Positions 33,185 to 42,398 of a stretch of 64,000 bases of DNA are shown one piece after another. The notes under the pieces were generated by a model that was given only the letters and a program-made list of their open reading frames with translations, ran no database searches and was not told where the DNA came from. How positions within the stretch are numbered: position 1 is the first letter of the stretch; each line of letters opens with the position of its first letter. Made by a program: the position numbers and the translations under genes. Source of the stretch: Planctomycetota bacterium (GTDB lineage Bacteria > Planctomycetota > PLA2 > JAEUHO01); assembly GCA_965223505.1 (NCBI GenBank), contig CBDCWP010000030.1:244860-308859 (forward strand), given 5' to 3'.

Positions 33185-34632
33185 CTGAGCCTCACGCGCG
33201 GGTCTGCGACCGCATAGAGAATGTCCGCGATCAGACTCCCGACGACGACCATCACCGTTCCGATCAGCGTGATGGCGGTCACCGTCGTCACATCGCGACC
33301 GTTGATGGCCGTGATCGCCTCGCGACCCATGCCGGGCCAGTTGAAGATGTACTCCGTGATGACGGCGCCCGACACGAGGAACGGCATCCAGAGACCGAAC
33401 AGTGTGATGATCGGCAGCAGCGAGTTGCGCAGCGCGTGCTTGAAGATCACCTTGCGCTCACTCAGCCCCTTCGCACGCGCGGTGCGGATGTAGTCCTGTC
33501 CCATCACCTCGAGCATGGCGGAGCGCTGATAGCGTGCCGTGCCAGCAGCGCCCGCGATGCCGAGTACGAAGGCCGGGCCGATCATGTGCCATAACGTGTC
33601 GAGTAAGCCGTCCTCGCCGATGCTGTTCATGCCGGAAGTCGGGAGGACGTCGAACCGAACAGCGAACGTCAAGATAATCATCAGCCCGAGCCAGAAGCCG
33701 GGCATGGAGTAGACGAAGAGCGCGCCGACCGTGATGCCGTGATCGAGCGCAGTGTCCTGCTTCACGGCGGAGATCACACCGATGATGATGCCGACGATGA
33801 AATTCAGGATGATCGCGAGGGACGCGAGCTTGAGCGTGTTCCAGAGCGGCTCGCTCAGATGCTCAAGGACCGGCGTTCGGTTCAGGATCGACGTGCCCAA
33901 GCTGAAGCGTAGGCCCGTCTCGTCCAACGGATCGTCGGGAACGACGATACGCGTCGACGCGAACTCGTACTGATCCGGCTTGGCGGCAGCGGGACCGAAC
34001 GTCCCGTCGTCGTTGCGCTTCAGCGTGAGCGGCGTCAGGTCCGTCGCCGTGAGCACCAGCTCGTGCGGCGGGGTCGCCAGCGTCTTCTCGACGATCACAC
34101 GGCCGCCGTCACCGTTCCGGATCGTGAGGCCCTGCCAGAGGAGCGTGGACGTCGGGTCACCGGCGAGAAAGGTACGGCCGTCGACCTCGTAGTGCCCTTC
34201 CGCCAGCTCGAACGGTGAGAAAGCACCGTCGGCCCCGGCGCTCACCGTCACAGGAGGCGGCACCACGTCGCCAGGGTCCTCTCTGTAGTGCTCGAACGTG
34301 ATCGAGGTGGCGGGCTCCTGTACGCGGGCCCGAATGTGTCCTCTCTTGTCGATGGAGAACACCTCGAAGTCGTATCCACCACCGTCGTACGAGTCGACCT
34401 CCTCCTTCCCCCAGAACATCGTCTTGATCTGGTGGATATAGCGCTTGAAGATCGGCTTGTCGTAGCCCCACTTCGCGCGCAAACGCTCGAAGTCCTTCTC
34501 CTTCATCTTCGGGTTCTCGGCAGCCGAGAACGCGTCACCCGGCGCCAGGTTGACCGCGAAGAACGTGAGCGTGTAGACGCCCCAGATGATGAAGAGGCCG
34601 AGCAGCAGGCGGCGAACGATGTATGCGTACAA
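33181..34632 (-). CDS. Peptide ABC transporter permease (OppB-like) with large extracytoplasmic insertion
   Basis: 'YIVRRLL', 'QDYIRTARAKGL', 'HALRNSL' and 'DILYAVADPRVR'; 483 aa versus 309 aa for the neighbouring OppB. Confidence 0.9.
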   Translation of the reverse strand: MYAYIVRRLLLGLFIIWGVYTLTFFAVNLAPGDAFSAAENPKMKEKDFERLRAKWGYDKPIFKRYIHQIKTMFWGKEEVDSYDGGGYDFEVFSIDKRGHIRARVQEPATSITFEHYREDPGDVVPPPVTVSAGADGAFSPFELAEGHYEVDGRTFLAGDPTSTLLWQGLTIRNGDGGRVIVEKTLATPPHELVLTATDLTPLTLKRNDDGTFGPAAAKPDQYEFASTRIVVPDDPLDETGLRFSLGTSILNRTPVLEHLSEPLWNTLKLASLAIILNFIVGIIIGVISAVKQDTALDHGITVGALFVYSMPGFWLGLMIILTFAVRFDVLPTSGMNSIGEDGLLDTLWHMIGPAFVLGIAGAAGTARYQRSAMLEVMGQDYIRTARAKGLSERKVIFKHALRNSLLPIITLFGLWMPFLVSGAVITEYIFNWPGMGREAITAINGRDVTTVTAITLIGTVMVVVGSLIADILYAVADPRVRLR

Positions 34633-34653
34633 GGGGGTTGCTCGCGGCTCTCG

Positions 34654-36348
34654 CTACTTCTGGATCCACCACTCGTGGACGTTGCGTAGGTACCGCAAGG
34701 AGGTCACCTTCACGTTCGTGAACTTCTTGTTGATGCCGACGAGCCCGCGGGACTCGTACAACATCGTGTAGGGCTGGTCTTTGTACAGGATGTCCTGGAA
34801 CTCGTGCCAGAGCGGCCGCGCATCCTCGACGTTGGGCAATGCGCGCCCCTTCTCGATGAGCTCGTCGAGGCGCGGGTTCTTGTAGTCGCAGTAGTTGTAG
34901 CCTTTGTTGGCCGCCGACGAGTGCCACGTGGACTTCGGATCCACCTTCGTGGCGACGCCCCAGCCCGCGACCCAGCTCGTGTACCCGTGCCGCTTGAGCT
35001 GCGTCGACATCAGGTTGAAGTCCTTGATCTCGATGTTGACCTTGACGCCGATCTCGGCCAAGTCCGACTGCGCAAACTCGGCGATCTGCTTCCGCACGTT
35101 GTTGCCCACGTTGGTGACCATCGTGAAGATGAGCGGCTTCCCGTCCTTGGCGTAGATTCCGTCCGCGTTCTTCTTCCAGCCGGCCTCCTGAAGCAGCTCC
35201 TCGGCCTTGTCCGGATCGTACTCGTAGGGTTCGAGGTCCTTCTTCGACGCCCAGAACGAGCTGATGATGTTCGGACCCGCGACCTTGGCGTACCCGTAGA
35301 AGACCGTGTCGATGATATTCTCGCGGTCGATGGCGTAGGTCATCGCCTGCCGCACGCGGTAGTCGTCGAATGGGAAGGTCGTGCAGTTCCAGCCGATGTA
35401 TCCGAAGACACGTGACATGTGGGTGTAGAGCTCCAGGTGCTCGGTCTTGCCGACGCGCGCGACGTCCTTCGGCAGGACGCTGTTCATCACGTCGACGTCG
35501 CCGCCGATCAGCGACGTGAACATGGCGCCCATGTCGCCGAAGATGCGGAAGACGACCTTGTCGAGATACGGCTTGGGCGCGTCCCAGTACCTCTCGTTGC
35601 GAACGAGGGTAATTTCCTGGTTGGGCTTGTACTCCCCGAGCTTGAAGGGGCCGCCTGCGGCGGACGTGGCCTGCTCCAACCAGCTGCCGTACGTCTGCCA
35701 CTTCGAGAACGGCACCTTGCCGAAGCTGTGCTTCGGGATGACCATCGCGTCGTTGATGTCCATCAGCTGGTAGGGATAGTCCTCGGAGTAGCGCACGACG
35801 AAATTGCGCCCGTCTTCCGGGTCCACCTCGACGGCGACAATGCGGTCCACGATCGAACGCCCGGTCCAGGCGACGTCCTCGTTCTTGCCGGCCTCCACGG
35901 AGAAGGCGATGTCGTGTCCGGTGATCTGCGTGCCGTCGGCCCAGTAGCACTCGCGCAAGCGGAAATGGAGCGACTTCTTGTCGTCGCCACGCTTCGGCAA
36001 CGCCTCGGCGATGTTGGGTGTGAACGTGGGCGGGCCGTTGTAGTAGTCGGCCTCTTCGACGTAGAGCCGCGGGAAGACGAGCTCCTGCACCTCCGATGCG
36101 GTCAACGAAGACGAGATGTAGGGGTTGATGGCGTCGATGTCCTGAAGGATCGCGACGATGACCGCGCCGCCCCGGACCGGCTTCACGCCCGCGGGGGGCT
36201 TCTTCCACGCCTCGGTGGGGGTCGCGTCGTCCGATCGAACCTCGTTGGCCAGCGGTTCCCTCTCGGCCGAGGAGACGGGCGCGATCGAGGCGACGACGGC
36301 CGCAAGAAGGAAGAGGTGCAAGGTGAACCGAAGTCGAATGGGCGTCAT
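34654..36348 (-). CDS. Peptide ABC substrate-binding protein (AppA/OppA-like)
   Basis: Signal peptide, 'WADGTQITGHDIAFS', 'GPFKL' and 'RVRQAMTYAIDR'. Confidence 0.9.
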   Translation of the reverse strand: MTPIRLRFTLHLFLLAAVVASIAPVSSAEREPLANEVRSDDATPTEAWKKPPAGVKPVRGGAVIVAILQDIDAINPYISSSLTASEVQELVFPRLYVEEADYYNGPPTFTPNIAEALPKRGDDKKSLHFRLRECYWADGTQITGHDIAFSVEAGKNEDVAWTGRSIVDRIVAVEVDPEDGRNFVVRYSEDYPYQLMDINDAMVIPKHSFGKVPFSKWQTYGSWLEQATSAAGGPFKLGEYKPNQEITLVRNERYWDAPKPYLDKVVFRIFGDMGAMFTSLIGGDVDVMNSVLPKDVARVGKTEHLELYTHMSRVFGYIGWNCTTFPFDDYRVRQAMTYAIDRENIIDTVFYGYAKVAGPNIISSFWASKKDLEPYEYDPDKAEELLQEAGWKKNADGIYAKDGKPLIFTMVTNVGNNVRKQIAEFAQSDLAEIGVKVNIEIKDFNLMSTQLKRHGYTSWVAGWGVATKVDPKSTWHSSAANKGYNYCDYKNPRLDELIEKGRALPNVEDARPLWHEFQDILYKDQPYTMLYESRGLVGINKKFTNVKVTSLRYLRNVHEWWIQK

Positions 36349-36485
36349 CGAGGCGTGCTCCGTGAGGTCGGGGCCGGTCGGCGCGGCCGGGCCGCTAGCC
36401 TAGCGGTTGGGGGCAGGGTGGAAAGGCCTGCCGGGCCGAAAGCCCGTGGCCCGAGTCAGTCGGCCCTCATCGGTACGCTGACGGC

Positions 36486-37235
36486 ATGAGTGCGCTCTTC
36501 CTTGCCAACGTCACCCTCATGGGCGTCGCGGCCAGCGTCGCCCTGGGCCTTGCGATCATCCTGTTTTGGCGACTGAACCGCCGCAACGAGGCGCTGCGGG
36601 CCGACATGGACCGCTTGAAGCGCGAGCACGGCGAGGCGACGGCCGACCTGCGCTCGCGCATCAGCGAGATCGCGCGGCAGGTGGACTCGGTCCACGAGGA
36701 GGTGCCTCCGCTCGTGTCGCGCTTCAAGGAGCACATTCCGGCGCTCGAGACCCGGGTCGAGGGCGCCGAGAAGCAGCTCTCGGCGGTCGAGCGCCAGCTC
36801 AAGGCGGCGGCCGAGGGCGTTCAGACCGCGCGCAAGGAGACGGACAAGGTGCAGTCCATCGTGACGAAGCGCGAAGCGTCGCTTTCAGAGCTGCGGGAGG
36901 CGATCACGCTCCTGCGCGGGACGGTGGACGAGCATCTCGCGCGCCGGGGCGCCGACCTCGACGCGGAGGAGGCGCAAGCAGGCGCCGCGACGGCGGTCAT
37001 CGCCAAACCCGCTGCGACGAAAAAGGCCAAGACGAAGGTCGTGAGCAAGCCGTCGCCCAAGGCCGCGAAGGCGCCGAAGCAGGCGTCCGCGAAAGGAGCG
37101 GCGGAGCCGAAGGCGAAGTCGGCGGCGGCGAGCGGCGAGGACGGCGCCGACATCTCGGGCGCGCGTTGGATCTTCGTCGTCATGGCGGCGTTGCTCGGCG
37201 CCGCGTTGCTGGCCCAGTGGATCCGGACCCAATAG
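36486..37235 (+). CDS. Hypothetical membrane protein (N- and C-terminal TM, coiled coil, Ala/Lys-rich linker)
   Basis: Hydrophobic termini, heptad repeats and a KPAATKKAK-rich segment. Confidence 0.7.
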   Translation: MSALFLANVTLMGVAASVALGLAIILFWRLNRRNEALRADMDRLKREHGEATADLRSRISEIARQVDSVHEEVPPLVSRFKEHIPALETRVEGAEKQLSAVERQLKAAAEGVQTARKETDKVQSIVTKREASLSELREAITLLRGTVDEHLARRGADLDAEEAQAGAATAVIAKPAATKKAKTKVVSKPSPKAAKAPKQASAKGAAEPKAKSAAASGEDGADISGARWIFVVMAALLGAALLAQWIRTQ

Positions 37236-37252
37236 CGCGGACGGCGAACACG

Positions 37253-37325
37253 GTAGGGGCAGCCCTTGTGGCTGCCCAACCCGGGACGCCAAGACACGCC
37301 GAATTGGGCGACCACAAGGGTCGCC
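37253..37325. repeat. REPIN interrupted by the IS110 element (remaining CCTAC at 38687-38691)
   Basis: GTAGGGGCAGCCCTTGTGGCTGCCCAA, a spacer, then TTGGGCGACCACAAGGGTCGCC followed by the IS and CCTAC. Confidence 0.9.
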
Positions 37326-37329
37326 GGTT

Positions 37330-37556
37330 TAGGGAATGGCAAGCCCTTTTCTGTCGGCCGTGCGTCCTTTCCGCGTCGCCAGGGTCGGATCCGTCCACTC
37401 GGGTTTTCGAGCTCGCCTATTCGGGCGGCGTCATGAGGGGGAGTCGGACGCGCCTCTCAATCGCCTACACGAGCTGATGCGCTCAGCGGCCCGCCGGAGT
37501 ACGCGCCCGTTGGTGTCCGATTCCTGGTTTCGCTTCCTCTCTCTCAGTGCGTTCGC
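37330..37556 (-). ncRNA. Putative bridge RNA/seekRNA in the IS 3' non-coding end
   Basis: Contains GTAGG...CGCC (matching target GTAGG-GG-CG) and AAACC...ATCC (matching donor junction AAACC-GG-AT), each pair flanking a hairpin. Transcription is not shown. Confidence 0.7.
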
Positions 37557-38603
37557 TCAGGCAGCCTGGCCTAGGCACCGACGCAGCGAGAACACCTCGC
37601 CACGCGAGAACATCACCCACACGCCCACCAGTAGCCGGCGTGCAAGCGCCATTCGAACCTTGTTGCGGTGCATGCGCCTGAGCATCGGCTGTGCCCACGC
37701 CTTCACCTCTGGGTCGAAGGCCAGCAACCGAACCGCCCATTGCCCCAGCACCCAACGCAACTCGGCGTTTCCGCGTTTGGTCATGCGGCCGTGGTGCGCT
37801 CGATCCGCCGAGGCCGAAACGCGTGGAACGACACCCCCATAGCTCGAGATCTGTCGAGCACCGCGGAAGCGGGTTGCGTCACCCAACTCAGCTTGAAGCG
37901 TCAGAGCCGTCTGGGCTCCCGCCTGTGGCAGATTCCGAACGATCCAGCCTGAGACTTCGTCCTGCTCGGCCAACTCGCGGATTCGAGCGGTGAGCTTCTC
38001 GATGCGCTCCTGCAGAGCCGCAACGACATCCACCAGCGACTGCAGCGCCAGATCCTGGTTCTCATCACCCAGTCGCTGCTCGCGAAGCCACTGGATCCCG
38101 CGCTTGGTGTACAGCTGCGTCACCGGCGCTCGCAGCAGGTACGCGTTGAGCATGCCGCGGATGTGCGCCAGCACGCTGGTTCGATGCTGAACGAGCTGAT
38201 GCCGAACCCGCAACACCTTGCGCTGGCCGAACTCGGCTTCGGTGGCGAAGTAGGTCAGTGCGTAGCGGTCCAGGTCGCCAAGGTACAGCCGGCGCGAGAT
38301 CTCCTGGGCGTCGCGTCGATCCGTCTTCTTGCCCTGCTTCTTCAGATCGAGCTTCGTGGCGTCCACCACAAGCATCTCCAAACCCGCTTCGCGGCAGGCC
38401 AGCACGAACCAGCGGTTGCAGCCCAACGCTTCCACCGCGAAGCGCCCGCCGCCGTAGGTGCCAAGAAACGCAACCAGCGCCGCGGCCGCCTTTCGATCCG
38501 GCAGGCGCCACCGCCGCTCCTCTTCGATCTCGCCCTTCGCATCACGGACGCAGATTTGGGCGACACTCTTGTGCAGGTCGATTCCGACGTGGTACGCAGT
38601 CAT
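37557..38603 (-). CDS. IS110-family DEDD recombinase/transposase
   Basis: 'VGIDLHK', 'AVEA', 'KTDRRDA' (DEDD) and Tnp domain 'RFRGARQISSYGGVVPRVSASA...TKRGN'. GAGGAAGGA precedes ATG 38603. Confidence 0.95.
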   Translation of the reverse strand: MTAYHVGIDLHKSVAQICVRDAKGEIEEERRWRLPDRKAAAALVAFLGTYGGGRFAVEALGCNRWFVLACREAGLEMLVVDATKLDLKKQGKKTDRRDAQEISRRLYLGDLDRYALTYFATEAEFGQRKVLRVRHQLVQHRTSVLAHIRGMLNAYLLRAPVTQLYTKRGIQWLREQRLGDENQDLALQSLVDVVAALQERIEKLTARIRELAEQDEVSGWIVRNLPQAGAQTALTLQAELGDATRFRGARQISSYGGVVPRVSASADRAHHGRMTKRGNAELRWVLGQWAVRLLAFDPEVKAWAQPMLRRMHRNKVRMALARRLLVGVWVMFSRGEVFSLRRCLGQAA

Positions 38604-38761
38604 GGGGTGGCAGTTCCTTCCTCGGCTGATGCCGTAAACACACTTGGCACGACCGAGGATCAGGGCTGCCACCCCCTATCCCATCCCCTACCTCCGCACC
38701 CGCGTTCACCGCCTCGCGGTCCGGGGTGTCGTGCACGATCACGTTCACGTGCCGATTCCCC

Positions 38762-38839
38762 GTAGGGGCAGCCCTTGTGGCTGCCCAACCCGTGACGCCA
38801 AGACACACGCCATTGGGCGACCACGAGGGTCGCCCCTAC
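38762..38839. repeat. Intact REPIN (inverted REP pair)
   Basis: GTAGGGGCAGCCCTTGTGGCTGCCCAA, a spacer, then TTGGGCGACCACGAGGGTCGCCCCTAC. The spacer is nearly identical to that at 37280-37303. Confidence 0.92.
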
Positions 38840-38882
38840 AAACCCGTAGCCGACAGATCACCACCCGTGGGAGATGACGGCG

Positions 38883-39206
38883 CTAGTCGCCCTTCTTGCG
38901 TACCAACGTCACGAGGAACGCTGCGTTCTCGGTTCCGGGATTGCTCGGACCTGCCGGCTTCGAACCGTCATAGAACGCGAGATCGCCCTTGGTGACCTCC
39001 GCGTCGCCTTCGCCGGGCGTGACGCGCACGGCCCCTTCGAGGCAGTACAGGATTGCCTCGCGCCGGCGATGGGTGAACGGCGTGAGCCCTTGTCCGGGCT
39101 TCAGACACACCAGCGTCACGATCGACCGGTCGGTCTCGATGATCTTCTTCGTGAACGGACCGTCGTCGCGGAACTCCATCCACTGCTCTACGGAACGCGT
39201 GTCCAT
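38883..39206 (-). CDS. Cupin domain protein
   Basis: 'LKPGQGLTPFTH..EAILYCLEG' and 'GDLAFY' cupin pattern. Confidence 0.8.
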   Translation of the reverse strand: MDTRSVEQWMEFRDDGPFTKKIIETDRSIVTLVCLKPGQGLTPFTHRRREAILYCLEGAVRVTPGEGDAEVTKGDLAFYDGSKPAGPSNPGTENAAFLVTLVRKKGD

Positions 39207-39231
39207 CGGCGCAGTGTACCGTCCTCGTCGC

Positions 39232-40629
39232 CTACCTACCCGGGTTCGTCATGTGGGTGACGTCGAGCACCTTCTCGAGCTTCGCGGGCGGCAGCAGCTT
39301 CTTCTCGGTCGCGATCTCGCGAATCGTACGGCCCGTCTGGTAGGCCTCCTTGGCGAGCGCGGCCGCCTGGTCGTACCCGATGTGCGGCGCCAACGCCGTT
39401 CCCAGCATCAGGCTCTCTTCGACGATCTTCTCGACGCGGTCGCGATCGACCTCGATGCCCTTGACGCAACGAAGGCGGAAGCCCTCAACGGCGCCGCTCA
39501 GCACCTGGATGCCGTCCAACAGCGTGTCGGCCATCAGCGGCAGCGTGACATTGAGCTCGAACACGCCGGAGGCGCCGGCGGCATTGACCGTCGTCACGTA
39601 GCCCTGCACCAGCTGACAGGCCATCAGCAGGCTCTCGCTGAGCACCGGGTTGACCTTGCCGGGCATGATCGACGAGCCGGGCTGGATCGCGGGCAGCTTC
39701 AGCTCGCCGAGGCCGCAGCGCGGACCCGAGCCGAGGTGGCGGATGTCGTTGGCGACCTTGGTGAGCGCCGCCGCGGCCGAGCCGAGCGCGCCCGCGAAGA
39801 ACACGCAGGCCTCTCGCCCGCCGAGCTGTTCGAAGAAGTTCCGCGCGGGACGCAGCTGCATCCCGGTGCGCTTCGACAGGTGCGCGATCGCCTTGGTGTG
39901 GAACTTCGGATGGCGGCCGATGCCCGTCCCGACGGCGGTGCCGCCGAGCGCGACCTCCAGCAGTCCGTCGTACGCGAGCGCGACGCGCTGGCAGGAGTGC
40001 GCGACCTGGGCTGCGTAGCCCTGGAACACCTGCCCCATGCGCACCGGCGTGGCGTCCTGCAGGTGCGTGCGCCCGACCTTCACGACGTCGTCGAACTCCT
40101 TCGACTTCTCGAGCAGCGCCACCGCCAGCGAGCTCATCGCGGGAATGAGCTGTTCCTTCGCCGCGCGCGCGACCGATAGGTGCAAGGCCGTCGGGATGAC
40201 GTCGTTGCTGGACTGCCCCAGGTTGACGTGGTCGTTCGGGTGGACCGGCGTCTTCGCGCCGGCCTTCGACCCCAGACCGATGTTGGCGATGTTGCTCAGC
40301 ACCTCGTTCATGTTCATGTTCGAGGACGTGCCGGAACCCGTCTGGAAGACGTCGATCGGGAACTCCTCGTCGCGCTTGCCCTTGACGACCTCGTCTGCCG
40401 CCTTGCGAATGGCGCTGGCCATGCGCGGCTTGAGCAACTTGAGCTCCTGATTGGCCTTCGACGCGGCCCACTTGATGTCCGCGAGCGCGTAGAGGAACCG
40501 CTTCGGCATCGTGCGGCCCGACACCTTGAAGTTGTCCACCGCGCGCTGCGTTTGCGCGCCCCACATGCGCTTCGCCGGGACCTTCACGGCCCCCATCGAG
40601 TCCTTCTCGGTGCGCATCCGCTGAGCCAT
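39232..40629 (-). CDS. fumC: Class II fumarate hydratase
   Basis: Motifs 'RTEKDSMG', 'QTGSGTSSNMN', 'GRTHLQDATP' and 'GSSIMPGKVNP'. Confidence 0.9.
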   Translation of the reverse strand: MAQRMRTEKDSMGAVKVPAKRMWGAQTQRAVDNFKVSGRTMPKRFLYALADIKWAASKANQELKLLKPRMASAIRKAADEVVKGKRDEEFPIDVFQTGSGTSSNMNMNEVLSNIANIGLGSKAGAKTPVHPNDHVNLGQSSNDVIPTALHLSVARAAKEQLIPAMSSLAVALLEKSKEFDDVVKVGRTHLQDATPVRMGQVFQGYAAQVAHSCQRVALAYDGLLEVALGGTAVGTGIGRHPKFHTKAIAHLSKRTGMQLRPARNFFEQLGGREACVFFAGALGSAAAALTKVANDIRHLGSGPRCGLGELKLPAIQPGSSIMPGKVNPVLSESLLMACQLVQGYVTTVNAAGASGVFELNVTLPLMADTLLDGIQVLSGAVEGFRLRCVKGIEVDRDRVEKIVEESLMLGTALAPHIGYDQAAALAKEAYQTGRTIREIATEKKLLPPAKLEKVLDVTHMTNPGR

Positions 40630-40711
40630 CGTCGACCTCCGATTTCGCTTTCGGTCCGGCTTCATGCCGGCAACCACGAAAGGTAGCTCCGCGCCAAACC
40701 GCGGGGTCGAT

Positions 40712-41857
40712 TTACCCGAGCGCCCGCGACACGTCCGACCACAGGTCGTCGACGTCCTCCAGGCCGACCGAAAGGCGCACGAGATCGTCGGTGATGCCGG
40801 CCTGCTCTCGCTGCGCCGGTGTCAGTCCCGCGTGACTCGTCAACGCGGGCGAGCATGCGAGCGTTTCCACACCGCCGAGGCTGGGCGCGTTCGCGATCAA
40901 GCGCAGCCCGTCGATGAACGCGCGCGCGTCGCCGTCCGCGACGGCGAAAGCGAGGATCGATCCGGCTTCTTGCTCGAGCCGTTGCAACAGCGCGTGGTCC
41001 GGGTGGCTCTTCAGCCCCGGATAGAGCACGCGGCCGACGCGCTCGTCGCTCTCGAGCCGTCGCGCGAGCTCGGCGGTCGTCTCGTCCTGTCGTCGCACGC
41101 GCACGGCAAGCGTCTTGAGGCCGCGGTCGAGCAGCCAAGCCGTCTCGGGATCGCAGATGCCGCCATATACCTTGCGCATGCGGCGGACCTCGGCCGTCAA
41201 GGCCGCGCTCCCGGCCACGAAGCCCCCCAGCAGGTCACTGTGGCCGCCGAGCGACTTCGTCGCGCTCTCCACGACGAGGTCCACGCCGTGGGCGAGCGGC
41301 TGCAGCCGCAGCGGGCCCGCGAACGTCGCGTCGAGCACGAAGAGCGCGCCGTGCGCCTTGCAGCGTTCGGCGATCGCCGGCACGTCGAGCACCCTCAGCA
41401 CGGGGTTGGTCGGGCTCTCGCCGATCAGGATCGCCGCCCCCTCCAGGGACTCGTCGACGGCGTCCGGTGTGCTGTCGGTCCAGACGACGTCGATCCCCTC
41501 GTGGGACGCGAGCCGCTCGAGCAGCTCGCGCGTGCCGCCGTATAGATCGCGTAGCGCGACGATGCGCGCCCCCGCGTTGCCGTGGGCGTGGAAGACGCCG
41601 GCCAATGCCGCCATCCCCGACGCGAACAGCACGGCTTCTTCGGCGCCGTGCAGCGCGGCGAACTTGCGCTCGGCGACCTCGAAGTTCGGATGGCCGTAGC
41701 GCGTGTAGAAGCCGCCGGCGCCCGCGGCGTTCTCGAGCAGTGCGTCTGTAGAGGCGAAGCGAAAGGTGCTCGTCCGATGGATCGGCGTGACGACCGGCCC
41801 GTCGCGCTCGTCGTCCGGCGGATCACCGTGGACCGAGCGGGTTCCGGGTCCGGGCAT
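40712..41857 (-). CDS. PLP-dependent trans-sulfuration enzyme (cystathionine gamma-synthase/lyase family)
   Basis: Motifs 'YTRYGHP', 'ASGMAA', 'ESPTNP', 'SATKSLGGHSD' and 'SLGGVETL'. Confidence 0.9.
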   Translation of the reverse strand: MPGPGTRSVHGDPPDDERDGPVVTPIHRTSTFRFASTDALLENAAGAGGFYTRYGHPNFEVAERKFAALHGAEEAVLFASGMAALAGVFHAHGNAGARIVALRDLYGGTRELLERLASHEGIDVVWTDSTPDAVDESLEGAAILIGESPTNPVLRVLDVPAIAERCKAHGALFVLDATFAGPLRLQPLAHGVDLVVESATKSLGGHSDLLGGFVAGSAALTAEVRRMRKVYGGICDPETAWLLDRGLKTLAVRVRRQDETTAELARRLESDERVGRVLYPGLKSHPDHALLQRLEQEAGSILAFAVADGDARAFIDGLRLIANAPSLGGVETLACSPALTSHAGLTPAQREQAGITDDLVRLSVGLEDVDDLWSDVSRALG

Positions 41858-41872
41858 GTTCCTCCCCGGTGG

Positions 41873-42307
41873 CTACAGCTCGCAGACGATGGCGCCGAGC
41901 ACCGACGGTGCGTCGAGCGGAAGGACGTAGCGGCGTGTCGGTCCGGTGACCGACTGATCGGTCTTCTCGGCTTCATCGCCGGCGCCGACACCGGTCATGA
42001 TGATCGGGAGCTGGCGCGTCGCGCGATCGGCGCGCAGCTGCGAAGCGATGTGCCGTGCGCGGTCGTGCTGGTCCTGCATGTCGATGACGATGAGGTCCGG
42101 CCGGAACTCGCGCAGCGCAGGCGCGATCTCGCTGCCCGGTTCGGCCGAACGCGCTTCGTGGCCGGCGGCCTCGATCGCGGCAACCGCGCTGTCAAGACGC
42201 GCCGGGTCCAACCCCAGCACCCACACCCTACGCTTGATGACCGGTGTCTTGCGCATGCGCACGGTGCTCGGCTCCTCAGGTTCTTGCTTCTTCGACAACG
42301 TCAACAT
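41873..42307 (-). CDS. Atypical single-domain response-regulator receiver
   Basis: 'RPDLIVID' and 'LRADRATRQLPIIM' present; the DD acidic pocket and KP motif are not evident. Confidence 0.65.
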   Translation of the reverse strand: MLTLSKKQEPEEPSTVRMRKTPVIKRRVWVLGLDPARLDSAVAAIEAAGHEARSAEPGSEIAPALREFRPDLIVIDMQDQHDRARHIASQLRADRATRQLPIIMTGVGAGDEAEKTDQSVTGPTRRYVLPLDAPSVLGAIVCEL

Positions 42308-42398
42308 CCTCGCTGGTCCCCGTCCCGGTGGGGAAGCGGAAGAGTGTAGGTCCGCAGGCGGAAGGCCCGAAGCGACGTCGGGGGTGCGTCGAGCGCGC

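Larger units (their letters stand above)
37326..38686 (-). mobile_element. IS110-family (IS1111-group) element inserted in a REP
   Basis: Sub-terminal inverted repeats TAGGGAATGGCAAGCCCT and AGGGCTGCCACCCCCTA. A CC/GG core lies at both junctions. The 5' non-coding end is short and the 3' one is about 230 bp. Removing the element restores the REP exactly. Confidence 0.92.

Noticed and set aside
37326..37345. Circle-junction promoter of the IS110 element
   Set aside because: An outward TTGCCA -35-like hexamer exists, but no convincing -10 forms at 16-18 bp spacing across the junction.
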